Below, piece after piece: positions 24,604-36,641 of a stretch of 64,000 nucleotides of DNA. Location: positions 124,001 through 188,000 of the forward strand of contig NIVC01002245.1 in assembly GCA_002269645.1 (NCBI GenBank), given 5' to 3'. Positions within the stretch are counted from its first letter, which is position 1; each line of letters opens with the position of its first letter. The translations under genes were made by a program, and so were the position numbers. Below the pieces are notes generated by a model. The model was not told where the DNA came from, did no database searches, and worked only from the letters and a program-made list of their open reading frames with translations. The DNA is from Macrostomum lignano (taxonomy: Eukaryota).

Positions 24604-26200
24604 TCAGCTGAGCTTTGTATTTTGACGATTAGCAGCCTGGCAAAACGTTTGATGCGGTCGATTGGTCAGAAATTCCTTTGGCAGAGTGTTGGAGCTCTTG
24701 ATGTTCTCAAAGATGTTGAATGCTGTCATGCAGATAGTGAATGAAGCATCAGAAGGGCAGCAAAGTCCTCCTCGATTGACTTGACGTACCAGGAACTGAT
24801 GATCTGGCTGGTTTTCAGTTGGGATTTCCAGTGCTGGAAAGTTGTTCTCGATGACCAGAAACTGGCGACACCCATGACAGCGTTTACCAATGGACTTTGA
24901 CAGATATCCTGCGATGTAAAACATGACATTCAGACAGCCTGATTCGTTACGTCTCAAAGCCAGGCAATGCTCATCCGGAATGCTTTTAAACAATTTCGCT
25001 GCTCTGAGACTAGTGTCTGCGCCCTCCTGTTCAAAGTCCCTCGCGAATGACTTCTTTAGTCGGCTGAGGTCCATCTTAGAGTGCTTCGAGAGCGACGTCA
25101 CTCTGATCTTATTTTCGGATTGAATAATCTGTTTCGAGCTGATGTAGTATAGACCACCTGACATCTGTCGGTACCTTCCGAATTTCTTCTCGATGGGATC
25201 CGAAAGGAACTTTCCGAGCAAAACATACTGAAAGTGCCCAGTAGCGAGTAGTCTTGAGCACAATTTCGGAATAGCAGAACACGTCTGAATGAGGCTACCG
25301 AAGGTTTCATTCGTCAAGCAGTTCTTGCCTGCCGCAGCTGAGCGCCACTTTTTATAAATTCTGCGAATGCTAGTAGGTGTTCAAGCTGCCAGTTCGTCGC
25401 TTGTAATCGGCGCGCATTCTGGCTTTCTTAGCTGCTGACCAGCGACAGGTGTTCGAACATTCAAAATGCTTCATAACTGCTTGATTTTTGCGAGAAATTC
25501 CGCTGTACTGTTGAATTTTGTAGTGTCAATTTCTTGACTTAGTGTCGGAATAGAATTTCAATGCTGAAATTGTGGCCTCATCAAATACAGCAGCAGCCAT
25601 ACAAGTGCTAGTTCTTTCAACATTCAGCGGGCGCAGAACCTTCTCTGTTAGTTTGAATGCAATCCTTGATGATTGAATCTTTCTAGCTCGAAGACGGCTT
25701 CAATATCACCACCAAATCTTGCCACGACAGTACTACTATAGTCAGACGTTGGGATATGAAACTACCTGCGCTTCTGAAAATTATTATAAACGTTCTCAAT
25801 GTTATGACTCGAATCCATCAGCAGAAAAATCTCTTTTTGGGAATCTGAAGGATGCCGCATAGTGAGGCCATCTTCATGAGCAGCATTCAGCGAAAAAAAC
25901 TTTCTGTTCACTGGGGCATTGTCGCACGACACAGCGACGACTTCAAAGCCGCTGGCTGTCACAATCTCAATAATGCGCTCTGCCCTGCTGCGCAGATCCT
26001 CTGCTGTTAGACGATTAACAGGAGAAAGGCTGACGACATCTTGGTACGCTCCTCCGATTGACTTACTGAGGAAAGCAAGACAGTGTTTGAAACCCCCCAT
26101 GCCTCCAAACAAAAAGTTTTTCAAGTCATGCTATTTTTCCTTCTAAAAAACCTTGGCCCGGGTTGGTCGGCCCAGAGAGGCCTGAATCGGGGAGTGTCAC
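24604..26200 (-). mobile_element. Decayed P-element/THAP9-type DDE transposase
   Basis: Fragments VVAVSCDNAPVN, MDSSHNIENVYNN, AFKLTEKVLRP..VE, LGKFLSDPIEKKFGRYRQMSG, and YIAGY..C..C...RGGLCCPS. Multiple frameshifts and stops. Confidence 0.8.
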
Positions 26201-26927
26201 TTCCACATGTAGAGTATTCCCTGGCTAGCGTTACCTTTTTAGAGTTTGTAAAAAAATCATCCAATATTAAGCATAATTAAACTGCTTAATTGTGTAATTG
26301 CACATAGAGTTGGTTAAGTGGTTAGCAATCCGTGTCCCACTAGGCAAAAGGCAGCAATAGAGTGGGCCCAATGACTGAGGGGTAGGAAGGGAAGAGCCCT
26401 TGCTATCGATCGTCGAGGGGTGGAAGTTGTTTGCCCGTGGCGAGCAGTCTTTGACAAACAGAAGCCAAGCCGAGCGAAGCGATACAGCACGTCTAGCGAA
26501 ACGAAGCGTTGTGGCGATATTCACCCGTCCGATTCCAGGGCTAACTGGCTGAAAATTCCAGATGCATTAGTGATGAAGGAAACTGCAATGGTACTGAGCA
26601 CAGAAAACCAGGGCTGAGATGCCTGCATCGGCTGTATCTTGTGGGACTGGCTTGGCAAATGCAACTATTTGCTCTCACTGGCTTCTGTAGGCTTTTGCAG
26701 CAGCCATTTTATTTGAGCTTTGGGGAAAATGCGAGTGTAATACAAGTAGAATCCCCCACGCTGGGATGGCGTAAAAGATAAGCACGGTTTCAGACTCAGT
26801 GCTAACATGTGTTATGCAAACACGTCCGCATAAAACAGGAAACCGATTTAAAGTCTCATAGACTTCCCGAAAGACAAAAGCACACAACTCACGCGTTGAT
26901 TTCCCTGACTGGAATATTGCTTGGCAG

Positions 26928-27170
26928 GTGAGTTGATGCTCAAAAAAGTTGATGCTCACGAAAGTTGACGCTCACGAAAGTTGATGCTCAAAAGAGTTGA
27001 TGCTCAAGAAAGTTGATGCTCAAGAGAGTTGATGCTCAAGAAGAGTTGATGCTCAGGAGAGTTGATGCTCAGGAGAGTTGATGCTCAGGAGAGTTGATGC
27101 TCAAGAGAGTTGATGCTCAAGAGAGTTGATGCTCAAGAGATTTGATGCTCAGGAGACTTGATACTCAGAT
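26928..27170. repeat. 16-bp minisatellite (GAGTTGATGCTCAAGA) starting at the 5' splice site of the lectin copy 2 5'UTR intron
   Basis: CAG|GTGAGTTGATGCTC at 26928; acceptor CTCTGTAG at 27248. Confidence 0.85.
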
Positions 27171-27257
27171 CTAACACTGAATTTACTGTAAAAAGGTATA
27201 CGCTGATTTCGTAGAATATCAAGTTGTACAACTTATCACACTCTGTAGACAACCAAA

Positions 27258-28019
27258 ATGCTGCGACCACTGCTGTTTCTGCTTCTGAGTCTCAAAATTA
27301 GTTGCGGTGCAACTTGCGACTCTCCGAAAGCGACTTTCCACCCGATCTCTGGCGCTGACTGCGTGACGTCCAGCTTCACCCACACCGTGTGGGGCTCGTG
27401 CGATCCGCTGTCCTGCAGCCTGCACTGCGCCAAGATGCCGAACTGCCGGGCCTTCTCGCTGCCGGATGGCGACTGCCTCTGCAAGCTGTTCCTGTTCGAC
27501 AAGTGCAGCCACCGAGTGCAGTCAGAGGCCAACTGCACTCACCGAGTAACCGTGTACGTGAGATCGCTACCTGGAGTAGCTCCGGGTCGCCTGTGCCCAC
27601 CCGGATACGACTACTCTCAGTTCGGATCCTCATACAAGGTGTCGGCCTCACTGGTGACCAACTGGGCTGACGCTCTCTCCCGGTGCGGCCAGGAGGCCGG
27701 ACTGTCGAAGTTCGCGGACGCTCTGGACTCCGACGAGTCGCATCACCTGATGTGGATAAAAAACGTGTCGAACAGCCCTGTAAAGACTTTATTTCTGGGT
27801 GGCCACCAGATTCCGGGCTCTGCGACCAAGACGGAAGGCTGGATCTGGGACGCCTGCAACGAGAGCATCCGGACCGACGTCTGGGAGCCCGAGAGGCCGA
27901 ACAAAGGATTGCCGGATCAGGGCTGCGCGGCTGTCCACGCCAATCACAAGATCGGCGTCGATGATTCCCAATGCTCCTACAGCCGGAAGTACCTCTGCGA
28001 GTGCCTGTCCGTGTTCTAA
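27258..28019 (+). CDS. Secreted PAN/apple + C-type lectin protein, copy 2 (253 aa)
   Basis: Paralogue of 20720-21478 with an intact ORF. Confidence 0.85.
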   Translation: MLRPLLFLLLSLKISCGATCDSPKATFHPISGADCVTSSFTHTVWGSCDPLSCSLHCAKMPNCRAFSLPDGDCLCKLFLFDKCSHRVQSEANCTHRVTVYVRSLPGVAPGRLCPPGYDYSQFGSSYKVSASLVTNWADALSRCGQEAGLSKFADALDSDESHHLMWIKNVSNSPVKTLFLGGHQIPGSATKTEGWIWDACNESIRTDVWEPERPNKGLPDQGCAAVHANHKIGVDDSQCSYSRKYLCECLSVF

Positions 28020-28604
28020 CTTTACTGCGCTGGACAGAAACCGAAAGTCGCAAAGAACCATCAATAATTGAGGATATTGTTGGCAAACTTCATTGCTGTT
28101 CTATTAGAAATTTTGCTCTACGGCGCTGATATTTTAACACCTGTTCGGCTTGTTTTCAACCACGGTTGTACGTTGGTAATTTAAACATAAATCTTGACAT
28201 AATGCCCATACTATCACTTTATTCGCGCATCTTTAAATGTTCAATCAATAATAATTTGTAACACAATTTTTTTAAATCTTTGATTGAATATTTGAAAAAA
28301 ATGCATGTAACTTTTTTCTGCCTAATTTGTTCTCTAGGACTAAAGCTGACTTTACATTGTACTGCCATTGCGTTTTCTGATCCTGATTCGTTATCGTTTT
28401 GCACGAGAGCTGCCTCGATTCCGCGAATTTTCCGCGTGTACTTCGCACTGTAGTTTTTCAATTTTGTTTTATCTATGTAGCTGCTCCATGTTCCTTTACT
28501 AATAGCTTTGCTATCGGAACTATTGCATAAGTAAAAATCGATATTGAAGATCATCGTGCATAATTCAAAATGGTAATCCATTTAGTGTGACACCTACAAC
28601 TATG

Positions 28605-29450
28605 TGCTTCGCTTCTTGTCGTGTCGTCAATGCTTAGCTTGTTCATTTGCGAAGTATTTGCCTTTAACTAGGCGATCGTGGCGCGAGAGCAATACAGGCG
28701 AGGGGTATAAAACTGTAATACAGCGTACATGTCCGAGCGTGCGTGCATGCATGCAAATGAGTCACAAAGTATGTAGAAGTGAGAGCGCGAGACAGAGAAG
28801 TCACGGGTTTAAAACTGGGGGTGGCAATTACGCAATATGCAGAGCGAGTGAGTCTGTCAGTCACAACAGTGTGCCAGGGCTCAGCGCCCCGGCACCACAT
28901 CCCCTTTCACCAACAAGGAGCCAGGCGGTCAGGTGGGATGCTCTTGGTGCAGCGCTCGCTCCTCCTTGGCGGCGAATCCGCCAGCTCGCCAACTCGGTCG
29001 TGTCGAGGCGGTTCGAGGGCCTGCGGTTCTTCCGGGTCGGTTTTCGCCACCTTGCCATCCGCCTCCGCCGCCTCTGCCTGATCAGGCTCGGCTGCTGTGG
29101 TTGAGGGCGCGGCAGGCAGCATGCGCAGTTGTCCCGGTGCGCCAGCAGGGACCGGTCAAACTCGCCCTTGGTAATGATCGCCGTGTTGTGGTCCGCCTGC
29201 ACGACAAACCGGGCATGCTCAGCCGGTCTCTCTGCTGCCGAGCAATTTTACCAAACATTGTGCCGGATTCGGTGCTTAATCTTCATCAGGACCGGGTCAT
29301 TTTCCGTAGTCTGGGAGATCTCGTCCAGCTTTAGCACGTCGGTCTCTGTCCAGTGGATGAATTGATCTTCGTTGCTTGCCAGCGGATCGCCCTCCTCCTT
29401 GAAACCCATCCTTGACAGGGCATCCACGTGCGGAATGGTCAGATGAGAGT
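28605..29450 (-). mobile_element. Internally deleted Ty3/gypsy fragment: RNaseH-integrase junction, integrase tail, PPT and a ~295-bp 3' LTR (28899 down to ~28605)
   Basis: Minus strand reads PHVDALSRM...TENDPVLMKIK, then ...RRSERCTKSIPPDRL*, then the purine tract GAAAGGGGA followed by TGTGG. The LTR's distal end is inferred from loss of homology with sister duplication units. Confidence 0.65.
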
Positions 29451-29459
29451 GGAAAGGAC

Positions 29460-30300
29460 AGGAAATAGAAGATGAGAGACTAAACAAGAGATAAGAGAAA
29501 AGATAAGAGAAAAGAAGAGGGGAGAGAAGAGGAGATCCAGGGAGAGAGATCAAGAGGAGAGACAGGGAGAGACAGGAGAAGAGAGATGGAGAGAGAGACA
29601 AAAGGAGAGACAGGGAGAGAGGAGAGGAGAGACAGGAAGAGACAAGAGGAGAGACAGGGAGAGAGGAGAGGAGAGACAGGAAGAGACAAGAGGAGAGACA
29701 GGAAGAGACAAGAGGAGAGACAGGGAGAGACAAGAGGAGAGACAAGGAGAGACAAGAGGAGAGACAGGGAGAGAGGAGAGGAGAGACAGGAAGAGACAAG
29801 AGGAGAGACAGGAAGAGACAAGAGGAGAGACAGGGAGAGAGGAGAGGAGAGACAGGGAGAGAGAAAAGGAGAGACAGGGAGAGACAAGAGAAGAGACAGG
29901 GAGAGAGGAGAGGAGAGACAGGGAGAGAGAAGAGGAGAGACAGGGAGAGACAAGAGGAGAGACAGGGAGAGAGGAGAGGAAAGACAGGGAGAAAGAAGAG
30001 GAGAGACAGGGAGAGACCAGAGGAGAGACAGGGAGAGAGGAGAGGAGAGACAGGGAGAGAGGAGAGGAAAGACAGGGAGAAAGAAGAGGAGAGACAGGGA
30101 GAGACCAGAGGAGAGACAGGGAGAGAGGAGAGGAGAGACAGGGAGAGACCAGAGGAGAGACAGGGAGAGAGGAGAGGAGAGACAGGGAGAGACCAGAGGA
30201 GAGACAGGGAGAGAGGAGAGGAGAGACAGGGAGAGACCAGAGGAGAGACAGGGAGAGAGGAGACTGAACGAGAAGAAGGGAGAGAAGAGAAAGAGAACTG
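29460..30300. repeat. Long homopurine GA-rich compound repeat (AGGAGAGACAGGGAGAG variants)
   Basis: Nearly pure A/G with sparse C. Shorter homologues lie at 22270-22490 and 44500-44700 in sister duplication units. Confidence 0.9.
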
Positions 30301-30349
30301 AGAAGAGACAAAACTTGAGCATACAGGATTGCTATTGCGCAGTTTTAAA

Positions 30350-30400
30350 GGACCCGAGGGCCGCATGTGGCCCGCTCGCCGAAGTTTGTCGACCCCCTGG
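30350..30400 (-). mobile_element. hAT-like terminal sequence (homologues at ~22570-22623 and ~44740-44783)
   Basis: The reverse complement CAGGGGGTCGACAAACTTCGGCGAGCGGGCCACATGCGGCCC resembles hAT/Buster-type ends. No partner end was found. Confidence 0.35.
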
Positions 30401-30408
30401 CTTACTAT

Positions 30409-31243
30409 TGTCATGAATGTGTTATGACAGTGTGCTCTTTGTTTAGTTGCTGCACCGGGCCAGTGGGCCGTCCTCTCCCCCTCCCCCCTCCTTAGATATT
30501 TTCTGACTCACTCACCTGCACTTCTGCGCGTGCGTACCCCTCCCCTCCCTGCCTAGACCTTTTCTGTTGAGTCAACCCCCCCATGCTCTGCGTGCGACCC
30601 CCCCCCCTGTGCGACCCCGCCCCATTTTTGTTAGCTTTGCTGCCCCGCCCCTGTTTGTGATTGGCTGCCAGTCCCAGTCTGCCGTGCTGCGCCCCGGCGA
30701 TTGGCTGGTACAGCTCATGCGTTGCCTTGGCTGATGTCTAAGTCCCCTTTTCTGCCTTTATCCCGCGCCCTCGACCCCCAGTTTGCTGCCTATTTTTTCA
30801 GACCCCCTTGAGACCCCATTCTCGTCGTCTTCGTGGCTCCTCGGCGATTGTGCCAGTGTTGGTTGCTGAATTGCTATTCCTCGCAGAATTGCTAGACAAA
30901 TATATAAGTAAAGAATATCGAGATCACCACTGCTCTGACGGCGCTGTTTCTTGTACGACTGAAATCGCGGCTGGTAAGCCTTCCAATTTGTACGTCATTT
31001 GGGTCTGCATCTGTACTAGGCACCTTAGAGGGATTAAGTGCGTCGTACGCCGGTCCCACCCCAAGCAGCTCTGCGTCGTACGCGAGTCTGTAGGCTGTCG
31101 TGCGTCGTACGCTCGAGCAGCCTAGTCCCGACGGACACCGCGTCGTACGCGTGTCAGTGGAGGACCGCAGCCAGGGTCAGTACACGAACCCGGGTCTGGG
31201 AAAGGGGCACGAAAGGACCGAGCCCTTGAGCCCCATCATCACA
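30409..31243 (+). repeat. 5' LTR (835 bp)
   Basis: TGTCATG...CATCACA. By eye it differs from the 3' LTR only by one extra C in each of two C homopolymers. TATA-like TATATAA at 30901; donor CTG|GTAAGC at 30974. Confidence 0.95.
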
Positions 31244-31246
31244 AAT

Positions 31247-31263
31247 TGGCATCCTTGGTGGGA
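31247..31263 (+). promoter_or_regulatory. Primer-binding site
   Basis: TGGCATCCTTGGTGGGA 3 nt after the LTR, complementary to a tRNA 3' CCA end. It loosely resembles tRNA-Asn; identity is tentative. Confidence 0.7.
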
Positions 31264-31351
31264 CCCTGCGCTGTGGAAGACTAAGCAAGGAAGAAAGCTC
31301 GAGGCGCGGAATATTGTGAGAAATTAAGGTTAGAAACTGTGACGCCGTGGT

Positions 31352-32405
31352 ATGGATGCTGGAGGTGCTGCTGGAGGTGCTGCTGGAGGTGCGGCTGGGG
31401 TGCGACTGGAGGTGCTGCTGGAGGTGCTGCTGGAGCCTTTGGTGTTAATGATCTGGTCGCCGCTTGACTGCCCAGATTCAGCAGAACATGCAGCAAGCGG
31501 GGGCTCTCAGGATTCAGAGGCCGGTGAAGTATGCTCCTGGAATGAATTTCGTGAAGTGGTTGAGGCTCTTCGTAGCTTATTGCGATGCCATGCAGATTCC
31601 GATGCAGAATCGGCGCGCTCAGTTGCTCAGCAATCTAGACTTCAGCACATTCCAAGTTGTCGACAACATGAACCTTGGGGACGACTTGCAGTTCGAAGAA
31701 TTTACCCAGGCCTTGAGGGATAGGTTCACTATGCACCGTACCGTCGTCGACTACCGCACAGAACTGAGCAATAGAGAGCAGAGCGAGAAGGAGTCGGTAG
31801 AAGATTTCTCTGAAGCTGTGATTGAGTTGGTCGCAAACGCCTTTCCTGATGCGCCTGCCGATGTGCGCGATGATCTTGCGAAAGAGCGATTTATGCGAGG
31901 CGTCCGTGCGGGGGTGGCTGTGCGGGAGCGATTGTACATGAGCCAGCCGGAGACCTTAGCAGACGCGATGCGTCTAGTGCATCAGCTGGAAGCGGCGGTT
32001 AGGGCAAGTCACGGTCCACCAGGTCAGGGATCAAAAAGAGCTACCGTCTGTGCTGTCACAGCTGAGACTAGAAATGAGGCTTCCGAAAGCAGTGAGGTCG
32101 AGATGCTTCGAAAACAGCTTGCGGCCATGGAGATGCGAATGAAAGAGATGGAGGAGCGGAGGTCTGGAGAAGCGGAAGAGCCGACCCCGGCGAGTCGGAA
32201 GGCTGTGCAGTGTTTTTCGTGTCGAGAGTGGGGCCATATCTCATCAAAGTGTCCCAAGAAAACCAGCCAGACAAGTGGAAACGGGAAATCGCCAGTACGA
32301 TGTCACAAGTGCAACGGTGAAGGCCACCTATCCTTCAAGTGTCCGAAGTCGGGAAACGGGCCGAGGGGACCGACCGGGGAGAGTCGGGACCCTGCCAGGA
32401 AGTGA
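31352..32405 (+). CDS. Gag (probable start at ATG 31352 with two 1-nt frame breaks near 31399 and 31463; continuous from 31464)
   Basis: QxxxESVEDF capsid motif and two CCHC knuckles, CFSCREWGHISSKC and CHKCNGEGHLSFKC. Confidence 0.85.
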
Positions 32406-35400
32406 AGTCTCCCAGGAGCGAGGAACCGGGGTTGCTCACTAACTCTGTAAATAAATCCAAGTGCGTCTCTGGTGATGGGAATTCAAAGAGCAACCTGGTT
32501 CATGAGGCGTGTTCGTCGGTATCAACGGAGCCTCTGACAGTTTTTATTTCCGGTGCGGTTTCCGGCAAGCCAGTGGCTCTGCTGTTAGACAGTGGTGCGA
32601 GTGTGTCAGTGCTGAGCTGTGATGTTTTCCTGAGGCTGCCGCAAGAGGTGAGGGAGAGACTGACTGCAATGGACGGTTCCCTTTCAACGGCCAATGGAGG
32701 TGCGATGAGGATGAGAGGCTGCATTGTGCTGGACGTGGAGATTGGCGGCGAGCGGTGGTCAGCGAATTTCTTCGTAGTGGACGGATTACGTTATGATGTC
32801 ATTCTCGGGTCCGAATTTTTCAAACAGCATCGTTGCGTCATCAACTATTCAGAGTTTGTCTTTCGAGTGGGCGATGTTAGAGTTCCGATACGGCAGAAAG
32901 GCGAGCTGCCCGTGGTGTGTCGAATCAAAGCCGAGACAACGGTATTCCTGGAACCGGCGCAAGAAGTGATCATGCCAGCCAGGGTAGAGAAAAAGGGCGC
33001 AAGAAACTGCGGATCTGTCGGCATAACGGAAGAAAAGTCAGTGAAGGCCTCTGAGAAGGATTTGGCGCTGGCTCGAGCTCTGGTAGCGCCGGCGTGGATG
33101 GACGGCTGCCGATGAGATTGCTGAATACGTCCAGTTGTAGGAAGAGGGTCAAGAAAGGAGAGACGATTGGCTGGTTTATTCCTTTGGAACCGAACGGAGG
33201 TATCAACGTGGTGCGCTTGGACGACGACGTAGAGGCCAAGAATGAAGCGGAGGCATGGGACCCGATCGAAGAATTCCGCGAGTGGGGTTCGTGTGGCCTG
33301 TCGGAGGAGGAGGAAGCCGACTTCAGGGAGCTGATTTCCCAACATCGGGCTGTCTTTGCTAAGGACTCCAAGGATCTGGGCTGTACGACGGTGATGAAGC
33401 ACGAGATCGACACTGGAGATGCCAGGCCTGTGAAAGAGGCGGCGAGGCGGATTCCCCCGTACCTGCGGCAGGAAGTGGACAAGGAGTTGGATGACTTGCT
33501 GGAAGCTGGGAGAATCAGCGAGGTTCAGTCCCCATGGTGCTCTCCGGTGGTGTGCGTGAAAAAGAAGGACGGTTCCCTGAGGTTCTGTTGTGACTACCGG
33601 AAACTGAATGAAGTGACCAAGAAGGATGCAGTGCCGTTGCCCAGGACAGATGACCTGTTGGAGAGCCTAGGCGGTGCCAAGATTTTTTCGACCATGGACA
33701 TGCAGTCGGGATACTGGCAGATGGCGGTGGAACCCAGCGACAGACTGAAGACGGCCTTTGGCGTTTCACACCGGGTACAGCAGTACGCCTGGAACGTTAT
33801 GCCATTTGGATTGACAAATGCACCGGCTTCATTCAGCCGGCTAATGAATGTGGTGTTGGGGAAGTTGTGCTGGAAGACGTGTTTGGTGTATCTGGACGAC
33901 CTGCTAGTGTGGTCACGAACGGTGGAAGAGCACCTGGAACGGTTGCAAACGGTTTTTCGACGGTTGCGAGCAGCGAACATCAAACTGAAGCCGAAGAAGT
34001 GCGCATTCCTGCTGAAGTCAGTGACCTTCCTGGGACACGTAGTGTCAGCTGATGGGATCGCCACGAGTCCAGAAAAGATTGCCGAAATTCGTGACTGGCC
34101 AACTCCGAGGAATGTGAAGGAAGTAAGGTCATTCCTGGGACTGTGCGGGTATTACCGGCAATTCATCGCAGATTTTTCCCGCATTGCTGAGCCGATGCTG
34201 CGACGGACCCGACATGATTGCCCGTGGAGCTGGGATGAGGAGTGTCAAGCCGCATTCGAGGCCCTGAAGGAAAGGTTGCAGGGATCTGAGGTCATGGCGT
34301 TTCCAAACTTTGCGGAGGACGCTGGAGAATTCGTTTTAGACACAGACGGTAGCACAAAAGAAGGAATTGGCGCTGTGCTTTCGCAGGTGCAGAAAGATGG
34401 GAGTGAGAAGGTAATAGCTTACGGAAGCAGGACGTTGTCGCGAGAAGAACGGAATTACTGCACGACACGAGTCGAGTTGCTGGCCGTGGTGTTTTTCGTA
34501 CAGAAGTTTCGTTATTACTGATGGGGCGAGAGTTTCTAGTGCGCACCGATCACAGCAGCTTGAAGTGGCTGCATTCGCTGCGGGACGTAGAAGGACAACT
34601 GGCCAGATGGCTGGAACTCTTGGCTCCGTACAGGTATCGCATCGAACATCGTCCGGGAGTGAAACATCAACACGCGGACGCTCTCTCCAGGAAGCCACGT
34701 CGGCGCCATCAAGGAAGCGAGAGTTGTCCTGGATGTGCACAAGAGCAGATCGGCGTGAACGCGTTGGGATTGCAGAAGTGGACCTCGGAGGAGATCAGAG
34801 AGAGCCAGAAGATGGACAGCGACATTCGTCAGGCGATGGAGCTGCTGGCTCACGGCGACGGAGAGATAACCGAAGAGCATTTGCGGCGCATATCACCGAC
34901 GGCAAGGAGGATTGTCGAAAGACGTCGTGACCTTGAGGTGTCGGACAGTGAGGTGTTGCTGTGTCATACGGCAGTAGACGTCAGCCGCAAGTGGTGTTGC
35001 CACGGAATATGCTGAGAGCGGTGCTGGAAGAAGCTCATGGTGGACGGAGTGGAGGGCACGTTGGGATTTTCAAGACCAAGGAGAAGGTGCGGCAATCGTT
35101 TTGGAGGCCGGGACTTGGCCGCGAGGTCGAAGAGCACGTAAAAGCCTGTTTGGACTGCACCAAGGCCAAAGCTGGCAAGAAACCAATTGCACCGATGGAG
35201 CCGATTCCGAGTTCAAGCCCATTCGATATCGTGATGACGGACGTCATCGGGCCGCTGCCACGGAGCAAGAAAGGAAACTTCTACATCCTCACGGTGCAAG
35301 ATGCGTTCTCAAAGTGGCCTGACGCTTATGCCATCCGGAACCAGAAGGCGGCAACGATCGCAAGGGTGCTATTCGAACGCTGGATTGCAAATCACGGGTG

Positions 35401-36542
35401 CCCCCGGGTACTTCACTCAGACCAAGGAAGGAACTTTGAGTCGGGGATCATCAGGAAGCTGTGCGAGCTGTTGGGTGTGAAGAAGACCAGGACGAGCGCC
35501 TACCACCCGAGTGGCAACGGACAGGTGGAACGATTTAATGGGTTCCTGAAGAACAGTTTGCGCACGTATCTGGTACAGAAGGGTCAGAACGCCTGGGAGG
35601 AGTACCTGCCAAGTGCATTGATGGCTTATCGATCGACGGTCCAGGCGTCCACCGGTTACACGCCCTACTACATGCTGCATGGTCAGGAGATGCCACTGGG
35701 ATTCGAACCAGAGGACCTTAGGCGAAAGACGGACAGCTGTCCCTTGTTTGTGCAAGAGATCAAGCAGAACCTGCTTCATGCCCATGAACGCATTCGAGAA
35801 GGACGCGAGACGGTTCAGCGACGGCAGAAAATGAATTACGATCGGAAGTGAAGGGCAAAGCGATTCAGAAGGGCGACTCTGTCTTGCTGTACTATCCGTG
35901 CTTGGAGATGGGAGAGAAAAGCAAGTTCATATCAACTGGCGCGGCCCAGTGAAGGTCCTGGAGAAGCTGTCAGATGCGTTGTACCGAGTGCAGGATCCGA
36001 CACAGCCGCAGAAGACCAAGGTGGTGCACTTCAACAATCTCCGGCCGGTTCAGGGCCAGACGGAGGCGGCAGACGATCAAGAGACAGGAGAGGAAATTGG
36101 GAGGGCCAGTTCGGGAAAAACCAGGCCGCGACGTGGTAATTCCGCTGCTGGACGAAGCCGAAGGCAGAGAGTGCAACGGGGCGAGACCCAGAGGTGGACC
36201 GCAGCGCGAGGGCCGCAGGACCAGGAATCCGAGCAGGAAGATGAAGAGTTTGAAGATCTTCAGCTGCGGTTTCAAGATCCAAGAGATCACGCTCCACCGG
36301 ACACCCGAAATCTGGCCGAGGACCGTGAGCCCGGACCTGAGCGTCCAGAAGCAGACGATGACGAAGAAGAGCACTTTGATGAGGCGCGGTACGACGAGGA
36401 GCAAAACGAAGAGGATGAGGCAGAGCCGAACGACGCCAACGTACCCGAGCAAGAAGTGAGGACGGCACAGGAGGAAGCAGGGCGACCAAGACGTCTGCGG
36501 CGACCGCCAGATCGGTTTGGGGTCCCGGTGTACCACTACTGA
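32339..36542 (+). CDS. Pol polyprotein (PR-RT-RNaseH-INT), interrupted by five single-base frame breaks as sequenced
   Basis: LLDSGAS protease; PWCSPVV, LRFCCDYRKLN, MPFGLTNAP and YLDD RT; LDTDGS...E..Y...ELLAVV RNaseH; HHCC and D-D-E (TDVIGP, SDQGRNF, GQVERFN) integrase; GPY/F-like WRGP motif. Confidence 0.92.
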
Positions 36543-36641
36543 AGAAGGGTCCGGTGTACGGCGCTTGGATAGCCAAGGGGGAAGGGAGGTACATGTCGTG
36601 CGTGTCTCATTGCTCATCGGAGTTAGGCCGGACTGTTACAG

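Noticed and set aside
29248-30416. Long S/L/P-rich and R/E/G-rich ORFs (also 22187-22535)
   Set aside because: They are translations of the GA homopurine repeat. Only the PHVDALSR...DPVL part is real gypsy pol.
30808-31229. ORFs duplicated at 38602-39023
   Set aside because: They lie inside the LTRs and have no recognisable protein features.
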